From an uncultured virus (IMG/VR IMGVR_UViG_3300042317_001798) (lineage: Duplodnaviria; Heunggongvirae; Uroviricota; Caudoviricetes), in the IMG/VR virus record IMGVR_UViG_3300042317_001798, positions 1 to 64,000 of that record: a stretch of 64,000 nt of DNA; one strand, written 5' to 3'. Both the position numbers and the translations under genes were made by a program. Positions 9,613-18,600 of the stretch are shown here, piece after piece. A model generated the notes under the pieces. That model had not been told where the DNA came from. It searched no databases and was given only the letters and a program-made list of their open reading frames with translations. Position 1 is the first letter of the stretch, and the number at the start of each line of letters is the position of its first letter.

Positions 9613-10422
9613 ATGCCTGGTGTACGGTACGGCCCTGACATTTCTGATGACGCCGCATATATTCTGAATCAAATTGTCAGCCTCCAAGATGTCGAGGCTG
9701 ACCTCAAGCGTCGTGGGCGAAAACTTAACGACCGTGACTCGAAGACTTTGGCACGAAACGTAAAAGCAGCTCAAACATTTTTTGGTGTAAGTGCTGCAGA
9801 CATAAAGAAACGAAAATTCGGTGACATGGGAACACTGGCTCAGTATTCCATGGAGGGAATCAATCTCTCTCGCCGCAAGAGGGGGGCCAACGGTAAATGG
9901 GTTTACACAAAATCGAAGCGTGTAAAACTTGCAAAAGACAAAGATGGAATTGCGAAACGTACAGTTGCTGAAGAGCACGTAAAATACAGAGGAGCGAATC
10001 CAGGCCGCACGTTTATTAGTGCTAGCGAGGACAAGGCAATTCGCAAAAAACTTGACCCAGTTGGTGGTGGAACATACCTTGGAAGGACGAGTCCAAGAAA
10101 ATTTATGGATGCGCAAAAACGCTTCTATGACCGGATGTCAAAAAAAGGCGCAGTATCTTACGGTAACCAACCGGCAAGAAAAATACGCGGTCAGGACGAC
10201 CTGGATAAAGTCAATATAGCCAAGCAATATGGCAAAAGCATCCGTCCAAGAATGACAACCTCACGTCCTGGCGGAAGAAGAAAAGCGACCCCAAAGACTC
10301 CAGCTCAGTTGAAGCGTGAAAAGACGATTGCAAATGCTGGTCGACGTAGTGGGACTATGAGTACGGCCAAGAAAGCACGTGGGGCAAAAAAGCCAACGAA
10401 GCCGCGCAAACGGGCTAAGTAA
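9613..10422 (+). CDS. Highly basic Lys/Arg-rich protein
   Basis: 269 aa, K/R-rich throughout; AAGGAG SD; TGcTATATT at 9582-9590. Confidence 0.7.
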   Translation: MPGVRYGPDISDDAAYILNQIVSLQDVEADLKRRGRKLNDRDSKTLARNVKAAQTFFGVSAADIKKRKFGDMGTLAQYSMEGINLSRRKRGANGKWVYTKSKRVKLAKDKDGIAKRTVAEEHVKYRGANPGRTFISASEDKAIRKKLDPVGGGTYLGRTSPRKFMDAQKRFYDRMSKKGAVSYGNQPARKIRGQDDLDKVNIAKQYGKSIRPRMTTSRPGGRRKATPKTPAQLKREKTIANAGRRSGTMSTAKKARGAKKPTKPRKRAK

Positions 10423-10427
10423 TTTAC

Positions 10428-10817
10428 CTAGCTAGTAAAAATTGATTCCCAATCGCCAAGGTCTACTTCTGCGCCATCACTCGTTGTTTCGTCAATGTCA
10501 TCTTCATAATAGGCTTCACCCTCTTCACCGATACTTTTCTCCATCAGCATTTGTTTAACGCTTTCAACTGGAGAAATTTCAGCCAGAATTTTTCCATCTT
10601 TTGTTTCGCCGACGATTCTCATATTGAGAGAACCCATGCACAAAACGGCAATATCCCAAACGAAGAGCACGAACTCTTCGAGTTGCTCTTCATTCTCTAG
10701 TTCTTCATTTTCCTCGAAAAAATAGTAAAGAATTTCAGATACATGGTTGATTATGTCAACAACATGTTCTTTTTGTTTTTCCTTAGGAATTCGAACAATT
10801 TTTGCTTCCTCGGCCAT
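10428..10817 (-). CDS. Acidic hypothetical protein
   Basis: 129 aa, very Glu/Asp-rich; leaderless-type promoter upstream. Confidence 0.65.
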   Translation of the reverse strand: MAEEAKIVRIPKEKQKEHVVDIINHVSEILYYFFEENEELENEEQLEEFVLFVWDIAVLCMGSLNMRIVGETKDGKILAEISPVESVKQMLMEKSIGEEGEAYYEDDIDETTSDGAEVDLGDWESIFTS

Positions 10818-10914
10818 ACCCAGAAGCTAGCACATAGTGTTGGCAAGGGGGATACGTGTTTAATGTTAAAATTTAATATCAGCAATTTATTGCATCATTT
10901 GACGAGAGGCCGAA

Positions 10915-11559
10915 ATGCTCGCATCTATTTTTGACATCAAAACATATATGGACATCTCGCTTACTGCGAGGCAAGAAGACGCCGCGACAATGATTCTTGC
11001 CGGACTGCAGAGCGAGCTTGAGGGCTATCTAAAAAGACCGATTGAAGTTTCCGAATACACGGAAGAACATCGTCTCACTTCGTCTCACACCGGAATTCCG
11101 ATGAGCACATTCCTTACAGCAAACGATAATACGTATAACTACGGTTTCGAAAGCAGTCCAAAATACGACATGACCACATGGGCTTCTCCACCCCCAGCAA
11201 TTTATTTTAAAAATACACCAATATCGTCAATTACGGAAATAAAAGTAAAACCGCTATTTGGTGAAGAGCGAGTTCTTGAAGAAGAGACAGACTATGTAAC
11301 TCGCCCATATGGGGTTGACTATTATTACGGATACGCAGACGATTTGGTCACAGTAACGTACGAAGCGGGATTGGACGGCTCAACAATTCCGGTGTTTAAG
11401 TTAATGATTTTGCGTGCCGCCAGCAGAGAGATGCAAAATATGCACGATGACGTAGTATCCGTTAAAGACCTAAACACGAGGAACACCGGGCCACTGGTTA
11501 CTGGATTCCTTGATTCTGAACTTATGGCAGTAAGAAAATACCGCAGAGTAAGGGTTTAA
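10915..11559 (+). CDS. Head-tail connector/adaptor protein
   Basis: IKTYMDI...ELEGYLKR...VTVTYEAG...YRR pattern; first gene of the tail block. Confidence 0.7.
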   Translation: MLASIFDIKTYMDISLTARQEDAATMILAGLQSELEGYLKRPIEVSEYTEEHRLTSSHTGIPMSTFLTANDNTYNYGFESSPKYDMTTWASPPPAIYFKNTPISSITEIKVKPLFGEERVLEEETDYVTRPYGVDYYYGYADDLVTVTYEAGLDGSTIPVFKLMILRAASREMQNMHDDVVSVKDLNTRNTGPLVTGFLDSELMAVRKYRRVRV

Positions 11560-12056
11560 TGGTGGGCGGAGCTGTCCAATACAAAGTAATCATCAGAATA
11601 GATATTGATGAGGCAAAAGACAGGCTCGACAACATGCTTGACCGCATGAACGATTTCGGTCCAATTCTAAGACACGCTGGAGAAAAGCTCGAGCGCGTTT
11701 ACTCTGAAAACTTTACGACCATGGGAGCAATGTCCGCAAAAGCAATGCTTCGCGGTGCCTGGCCACCGCTTGACCCACAGTACGCAGCATGGAAAGCAAT
11801 GAGATATCCAGGCGCCCCACCATTGGTGCAGACCGGAGAATTGTTTCGCAGCGTATCCAACTTAACCAAAGGTCCAGTAAATTCAATAAGTGACCACGAA
11901 GCAGTATTTGGTGTTGTTGGAAAAATTCCAAAGTTCCATCAATACGGAACTGAAAACATGCCAGCTAGAAAAATAATTTTTGTTCCCAAAGATTTTGACA
12001 GAGATATGGGTAAAGCTGTCGCTCGCTATGTCACCGAGGGAAGCAAAATTATATGA
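11559..12056 (+). CDS. Virion morphogenesis / tail completion protein (Mu gpG-like)
   Basis: WPPL...LVQTGELFRS...FHQYGTENMPAR motif. Confidence 0.75.
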   Translation: MVGGAVQYKVIIRIDIDEAKDRLDNMLDRMNDFGPILRHAGEKLERVYSENFTTMGAMSAKAMLRGAWPPLDPQYAAWKAMRYPGAPPLVQTGELFRSVSNLTKGPVNSISDHEAVFGVVGKIPKFHQYGTENMPARKIIFVPKDFDRDMGKAVARYVTEGSKII

Positions 12057-12694
12057 GCGATTTAATGAATGGCGTTCACTTTGCAAAAGAATATGTAAAT
12101 TCATATCTCCAGCAAGACATACCGATAAGACTGGTTAGGTACAGAAACGGCTGGAACCTTCACTCCGGACAACTCCCTGACCCAGAGGACTACCTGGCCC
12201 ATGAGCCATTGGCCATAGACCATTGGCCTTCGATAATTACCGTCGCTCTATCTACTGGACAAATGGAAAGAATTGGTTTTGCCGGGCCAGACCCCCTGTA
12301 TCGAGTCTCGTACAACATGAGGACTTACGTTTGGGTTAGAACCGAAGGAACTGCAGAGACGACATTAATGCGAGATAGATTAACAACTGTTGTTCGTTCT
12401 GCACTTTTGGACTACCCATGCTTAAAAGCATATGATTCAAGGACTTCTTTCAGGGCACTAATTGACGAATCAACCTTTCGTGAAGAGTTTTCGGACATTA
12501 CCCTACTCAAGGGTGACCGGTTTATGGCTGGTGCATATATTGGTTATACATTAGAAATTGATGAAGTTGTGACGAGACTTGACATCGGAACCATGGACGA
12601 ACTTCGTTTGGTCGTTAAATCTGTCTCTTCTGATGGCGCACTTCCATCAATGCTGGACGATGAGAATCAATCGGCAAGCGTTTCGCTTGGTTAG
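12053..12694 (+). CDS. Probable tail terminator / neck protein
   Basis: Position directly before the sheath gene; size 213 aa. Confidence 0.55.
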   Translation: MSDLMNGVHFAKEYVNSYLQQDIPIRLVRYRNGWNLHSGQLPDPEDYLAHEPLAIDHWPSIITVALSTGQMERIGFAGPDPLYRVSYNMRTYVWVRTEGTAETTLMRDRLTTVVRSALLDYPCLKAYDSRTSFRALIDESTFREEFSDITLLKGDRFMAGAYIGYTLEIDEVVTRLDIGTMDELRLVVKSVSSDGALPSMLDDENQSASVSLG

Positions 12695-12824
12695 TATCGC
12701 TCCAGTATGTTTGGATTTTTCAATTTTAAGTTAAATAGATAGTTGCATAAAATAAACACTCCCTATCTGTACAATTGAAATCAACATACGGGATTCAACC
12801 CCAATACCGAATTAGGAAGGTCCT

Positions 12825-14279
12825 ATGCCTGGTGTAGTGATTTCAACTTCAGTAAGAACCGGCCCGTCAACGGCAACGGTTCGGCAGTCTTCGCAGCTCT
12901 TCATTGTTGGCCTCGCGGAGCGTGGACCATCAACAGAGGCGGTGCTTGTAGAGAGCATCGCAGAATTCGAAGATGTTTTTGGCCCATACAAGTCAGACTC
13001 ATACCTTCACCCATTGGTCGAGTGCTTCTTTGAAGAAGGCGGCACGCGCGCATATGTTGCTCGTGCAGTTGGTGCTTCGGCAACAGTTGGTGAATTGACA
13101 CTTCAGTCTGGCGGCGATGACGCAATGACAATCACGGCAAATGGTGCTGGCGATTGGTCATCAGACATTGAAGTTCAAGTAGAACACCCATCGGGTTCAA
13201 CATTCAAAGTTAACTTGTTCTTTGAAGATAGTCTTGTCTACACAACTGGAACAGTTTCATCCGTTCCGCAGGCTGTAGGTAGAATCAATTTGAGCGCAGT
13301 CGCATCGCGCTACGTTGTTGCTTCAGTTGATGACGAAACACTTATCCCAGCCGTTCTTGCAGCCACAGCTCTTTCAGCTGGTGATGCAAATCAATCATCA
13401 GTAACGGATTCCACATATACAAGTGCTCTTGAGCTGTTTAATGACGCACTTGGAACAGGTGCTGTTGCATGTGCTGATTCTTACTCGAACACAATTAGCG
13501 CAAACCTGGTTACACATGCAAATGCGTACAGCAGAATCGCTCTTCTGTACCCAGCAGAAAATGCAACTGCCGCAAACGCAAAGACACTTGCAACAACTAT
13601 CCAAGCAGCAGACCATGCAGAACATGCAGCCGTTTACCATCCTTGGGTGCAAGTTCCCACAACGGTTGCCGGTGTTACTCGTTTCATTCCGCCAGTTGGA
13701 TATGTTGCTGGTAAGCGTGCAGCTGCACACAACCAAACAGGTCCACATCTACCAGCCGCTGGTTTGATTTCTTCCGCACGATTCGTGAGCGGATTGAAGA
13801 CAGACATCAACAAGACAGTTGGCGATGACCTAGATGAGTACTCAGTAAATGCACTCAGAATTATCCAGAACACGGTTCGTATCTATGGTGCGCGCTCATG
13901 TTCATCAGACACAGACAACTTCCGCTACATCACGCAGCAAGATGTTGTCAACTCAATCGTGTCAGAGTGCTACAGAAGCCTTGAGGACCTAGTGTTCAGC
14001 CCAATTGATGGCAGAAACACAATCTTCGCAAACGTCGAGGCTCGCCTCGTTGTAATTCTTGCAGCAATGCGCGACCTTGGTGCTCTTTACCCAGCGTTCG
14101 ACGTAAATGGCAAGCAACTCGACAACGGTTACACCGTGAAGTGCGATACATCGATTAACCCAGCGTCACAACTTCAGACAGGTCTCGTCAAGGCGAGAGT
14201 CGGTTTGCGAGTAAGCAGCGTTGGTGACCAAATCGAAATCGATATCGTCAAGTCCAACCTAACCGCGTCAGTGGTATAA
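12825..14279 (+). CDS. Contractile tail sheath protein
   Basis: MPGV start, GLAERGP, FFEEGG, YHPWV, PPVGYVAG and IYGARS sheath motifs. Confidence 0.92.
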   Translation: MPGVVISTSVRTGPSTATVRQSSQLFIVGLAERGPSTEAVLVESIAEFEDVFGPYKSDSYLHPLVECFFEEGGTRAYVARAVGASATVGELTLQSGGDDAMTITANGAGDWSSDIEVQVEHPSGSTFKVNLFFEDSLVYTTGTVSSVPQAVGRINLSAVASRYVVASVDDETLIPAVLAATALSAGDANQSSVTDSTYTSALELFNDALGTGAVACADSYSNTISANLVTHANAYSRIALLYPAENATAANAKTLATTIQAADHAEHAAVYHPWVQVPTTVAGVTRFIPPVGYVAGKRAAAHNQTGPHLPAAGLISSARFVSGLKTDINKTVGDDLDEYSVNALRIIQNTVRIYGARSCSSDTDNFRYITQQDVVNSIVSECYRSLEDLVFSPIDGRNTIFANVEARLVVILAAMRDLGALYPAFDVNGKQLDNGYTVKCDTSINPASQLQTGLVKARVGLRVSSVGDQIEIDIVKSNLTASVV

Positions 14280-14293
14280 CGGAGGAATAAACA

Positions 14294-14797
14294 ATGGCCA
14301 AAATAGCACAGCGTCAAGTACTTGCGGAAATTTTCCCAAGCAACTTCGCCAACAACGCCAAGCAGCAGACAAACGTTCAGACGAACCTGCCTAAGTGGAC
14401 AGGATTCAAGTTTGCTCAGGTGTCGGGTGGCGAAATCACAGCCTCTGTAGAAAAAATCTACGAGGGTGGAAAGTCTCGCCCAACAGTTCTGTGTGCTCCT
14501 TCTGAAATAGGTGACATCACCTTGACAGCCCACTACGACGACGATAACGTCGCAGCCGATACGGCTGCAGGTATTGCGGCAAAGATTCAGACGCTGCGCA
14601 AGTATGTCGGTGTTGCTTACTACAACATTACGGTATCTACTTACGACTGCGACATCAAGGACCCAACAAACGACCGCTACTACTACGATGCGCTGTTGGT
14701 TGGTATTACGGAGCCAGAGGGCGACTCGTCCTCGGGTGCTCCAGCTACCTTTGCTTTGACTTTCGCAATCTCAGACGTAACGTCAACATCTCGCTAA
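14294..14797 (+). CDS. Tail tube protein
   Basis: Follows the sheath gene; FAQVSGGEI...GDITLT pattern; GGAGG SD. Confidence 0.75.
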   Translation: MAKIAQRQVLAEIFPSNFANNAKQQTNVQTNLPKWTGFKFAQVSGGEITASVEKIYEGGKSRPTVLCAPSEIGDITLTAHYDDDNVAADTAAGIAAKIQTLRKYVGVAYYNITVSTYDCDIKDPTNDRYYYDALLVGITEPEGDSSSGAPATFALTFAISDVTSTSR

Positions 14798-14845
14798 ATT
14801 TGCTAGTTGCGCCACGAGGCGCACTGGTGTGATAGTTTCTCATAC

Positions 14846-15397
14846 ATGAGCGACAACACACTTTACACATCAGACGAAAACGAGCCAGCACGCAAGAAGG
14901 CAACAAAGGATGCTCAGTCATCCGGCCTTGTGCAGACCAAGGAAGAGTCACAACTAGAGCGTCTTCGCGCTGTGGTGAAGAAGAAGGTTGAACGTTCCTA
15001 CGTTCTTATCCCTGTTCCGGAACGACCTGGCGTGAGCATCAAAGTGAGCCCAAATATCACGCAAAGCCAAATGAAGAATTGGCGCAAAAATGCAGGTGAA
15101 GATTCGCGCAACGGTCTCGATGCAACAAAGTTTGCTTGCTTGGTTATCGGTCACACCGCAACCGGAATCTTTATTGACGACGAAGAGGTGTTTGACGAAA
15201 ATGGCAATTTCTTGAATTTCGCACATCCGATAATTCTCGAAATGACAGAGGCAGCACGCCCTGTTCCAGACGCAGTTCGTGCGATGTTTGGCGTTGACCC
15301 ACACGTGGAGTCTGCAGCACTTGCAATTCTTGATGCCGCTGGATATTCGGATACGGTCGCAGCAGTGGACCCTACGAAGGAGTCTTCAGCGAATTAG
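14846..15397 (+). CDS. Tail assembly chaperone (G-like)
   Basis: Lies between tube and tape measure; start moved to ATG 14846; ends ...VDPTKESSAN. Confidence 0.7.
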   Translation: MSDNTLYTSDENEPARKKATKDAQSSGLVQTKEESQLERLRAVVKKKVERSYVLIPVPERPGVSIKVSPNITQSQMKNWRKNAGEDSRNGLDATKFACLVIGHTATGIFIDDEEVFDENGNFLNFAHPIILEMTEAARPVPDAVRAMFGVDPHVESAALAILDAAGYSDTVAAVDPTKESSAN

Positions 15398-15567
15398 TTG
15401 AAGATTCCGCAATAAAGTCAGCAGCTCGACTCGGTGAGCTGTTCCACACAAATCCGCTAGACCTATTGGCTGTAGAGGATGTTGACTGGTTGATGCTTTT
15501 GGCCTGTGCTAAAGTTATATCTAACGACCGCGAAGAGCAAGAGCGTAAGTCGAAGACTCAGAGGTAG
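15370..15567 (+). CDS. Tail assembly chaperone -1 frameshift extension (GT-like)
   Basis: -1 frame is open 15334-15567 without a good start: PYEGVFSELVEDSAIKSAARLGELFHTNPLDLL...KTQR*. Confidence 0.65.
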   Translation, partial: PYEGVFSELVEDSAIKSAARLGELFHTNPLDLLAVEDVDWLMLLACAKVISNDREEQERKSKTQR

Positions 15568-15642
15568 TACGGGAAACCCCAGAAACCCCATAGCTCGGCA
15601 GTTCCTTACACTCACGTGACTTAAAACTCACCTGGAGCAGTA

Positions 15643-18600
15643 ATGGCCGACGAGACAGTCAATATAAAAATAAAGATTGATGCGAAGACTCGTGAACTTC
15701 GCAAGGTCATGGCTGAGCTTGGCGCGCTCAAGAAGATGGAGCGCCGTTTTGCTAGCGGTAGAACCATTGAAAACTACGCCCAATCCACCACCCGAAGTAT
15801 TTCAGGTATGGCGTCAAAGTGGAAACGCAGTTTCGATGAAATAGATGCTGCTACCAAGATGACTGGAAAGTTTCTTGGTGGCTTCTTGAAGCTCGCCATT
15901 AAGAGCGTAATTATAGAAATGGCGCTACTTTCAGCAACAATGATTGGAGTTCACGCACTCTTCAAGGCTGGTCAATTCTTGGTCAAGGCGTACCAAGGAG
16001 CTATGCAGTTTTTAGCTGGTGGGGCTGCCGCAGCTGCGATGGCAATAGGAACAGTTGCTGCAGCAATACGTGAGCAGCAGGCAGCAATGTTTGCATATAG
16101 AGGAAAGGGAGCAAAAGAGTTCGGTTCATCCATGAATCAAACGAGAATGGCAATGCGAAACCTTCAATCAGATGTTTCGCTTGCAGGACTTGGTGTCGAT
16201 TCGCTGAACAAGGCATTTGGCGTTATGTCTAAGACCATGAATATGGCGCAGATAAATGCGAGCAATAAAACAATCCGAGCTTTGATGGATTTTGGTTCAG
16301 CAGGACAGGACCCAGCAAAAGCTGTTGAACAAGTTGCCGCAGTAGTCGCTGCTCTCTCTGACCAGAAAAAGGGAATCGGCGAGGTAATGGCCGAAGCAAA
16401 AAAACTCGGTCCAGAAATGCAAAAAGCACTGAAAGATGCGAATATTAAAACGAAAGACCAGTTTAAAGAGCTTTTATTTTCTGGAAAGCTTGCTGAAAAA
16501 GGAGGTGTTGCTGGACAGTTTGAAGCAGTAAACAACACACTCATCGGACAACTTAAAGCATATTTCGGAGTAATCCGTAGCGAATTTGCAGACTTCGGCG
16601 ACCAGTTCCTTGAGCCAACCAAAAAAGCATTTGAAGAAGTATTTGGGATTATACGAAGAGACCTTGCTCGAGCAAGCGCAGCAATTGCCGGAGGTCCTGG
16701 ATTCGATTCATTTACCGGTGGTTTTGTAACGGCAATAGACAAGCTGTCCAACTGGATGGTCACGATGTTGCGGGAGTATTTACCAAAAGCACAAGGAATG
16801 TTTGAAAGAATGGGCAATTGGTTTTCTAACTTCCGCCGTGGTTGGAACTTGCTTCTCGATAAGCTACGACCTCTCATAGATGGCGCTAGAGTTTTGTACA
16901 AAGCGTGGGACCCAATCTGGGAAGCCATTAAGCGTGGCGCAGACAACCTTACTCTTTTCAGAGAATTGCTTATCAAGAATGAAGACAGTGTTGCCGAATT
17001 TGGGCAGCGCATAGGCGACTTGATTGACAGCTTGGCTAAATATTTCATGAACATGAAAAAAATGTTTGCTGACATGGCTCCTTTTATAAACGACCTTCTC
17101 GCCGGAGTAAAAATGATGTTCGACCTTTTGTCGAAAATGCAAACTCTCGGTGCTGGAAATGGTCTTGCGTCCGCCCTTGCGCCTCTATTTGGTTTTGCTA
17201 TAGCGGCACGAGGAATGAAGAGCGTTAAGGGCATGATGATGCCTGGCGTCGGCGCAATGAGTACCCAGCAAATGAACGTAACAGCAGGAACAGTAAATGT
17301 TGGAAGTGCTGCACTTACAGGACCAACTGGCCCTTCGGAAATGTCAAGACTCGCCAGCGGAGGAAGGGCTGCAGCTGTCAGTGGTTCGCCGGAAGCAAAA
17401 AAGGGTCTCGCCTCAGGACTGGCTACTGCTGGTATGGCATCGAAAGCTGGAGGTTCACCGAAAGAATTTCCAGGAGCTGGCTCCATTACTCCATCCACCG
17501 GATTCTTTCAGGCCCTTGGCATAGGGTATCGAGAGCCAACCAATAACGGGATGGCAGCAGCAACAGCCCGAAGGATTGAGGGATACGCACGGCGTCGCGA
17601 TGCTGCGCTCGGGTTTACAACTGGCCCTGGCATTGGTTCGCGAATTGGTGCATCAATCATGGCACGCACTAGGGACTATGCATCAGCAGCAGCAATGACC
17701 CCGGCAGAAAGGGGTGGTCTCAGCGCATCAGAATATGCCGCTGGCGGAGTTGGTGGTGGCGCTACATACGGAGAAGCAATGCGCAACTCAATGACGAGGG
17801 CCGGAGCGCATGTTCGTTATGGGGCACTTGCAGGAGCCGATAGGGCTCAACTATTTGCGCGAAGAGTTGGTACTGCTGCTTCACGCGGCATGGACTACAT
17901 GAGACAGGCTGCATATGACCCAAATCTAAAAAATGCTGACGGACAAACCGTGGGTGGATATGTAAACCTCCAGGAACAAAGAAATGCCATACGAGCAAAC
18001 CGAGATTCAGCAATCGATGCACGCGGCGGAAAATTTCTCGCAAGGCAAGCAGAAAATATACGTGCCATGCGACAGAATTTACGCTTAGAAAGAAACATGA
18101 CAAAATTCGGTGCAGCGCAGCAGAAATTCGGTAAGAGCTTCGGTGGTCGAATGGGTACTGCGATGGGGCTTGGAATGGCCAGCCAGTATGCGCCAGAAGA
18201 AATGCGTGGAGCAATGGCGCTCGGCGCAACCGTATCGCAGCTTGACCCGCGACTTGGTATCGCGGTAGCTGGTATAGGTGGCGCCATGACTGCTCGTGGC
18301 GGACTCAAAGGCGGCCTTGCTGGAGCAGCTGGCGGAGCAGCGCTCGGCGCGCAGTTCGGAGGAGCATACGGAGCACTGGCTGGTGCGGTAATCGGAGGAG
18401 TATTTGGCGTAATCAAAGGCAGCATAAATAAAGGTGCTTATGAAATGAAGCAAGCCAGAGAAGTAGCTCGTGAAAGTATCAGGCAAATATTTTCCGGCAT
18501 TGCAACTGCTGCTGGAACACAATTTGAAAGAAATAAAAGAACATACGAAGCTGGCGGCATGTTAAGCGGTGGCGGTGCGTTCGGCGATGTCGCCAAAGAT

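Noticed and set aside
14803..14827. Hairpin TGCGCC-ACGA-GGCGCA after the tube gene as a terminator
   Set aside because: Short stem with no U-tract; it may be a pause or stability element, but support is insufficient.
16164..17498. 444-aa - strand ORF
   Set aside because: Entirely antisense to the tape measure gene, with no recognisable motifs.
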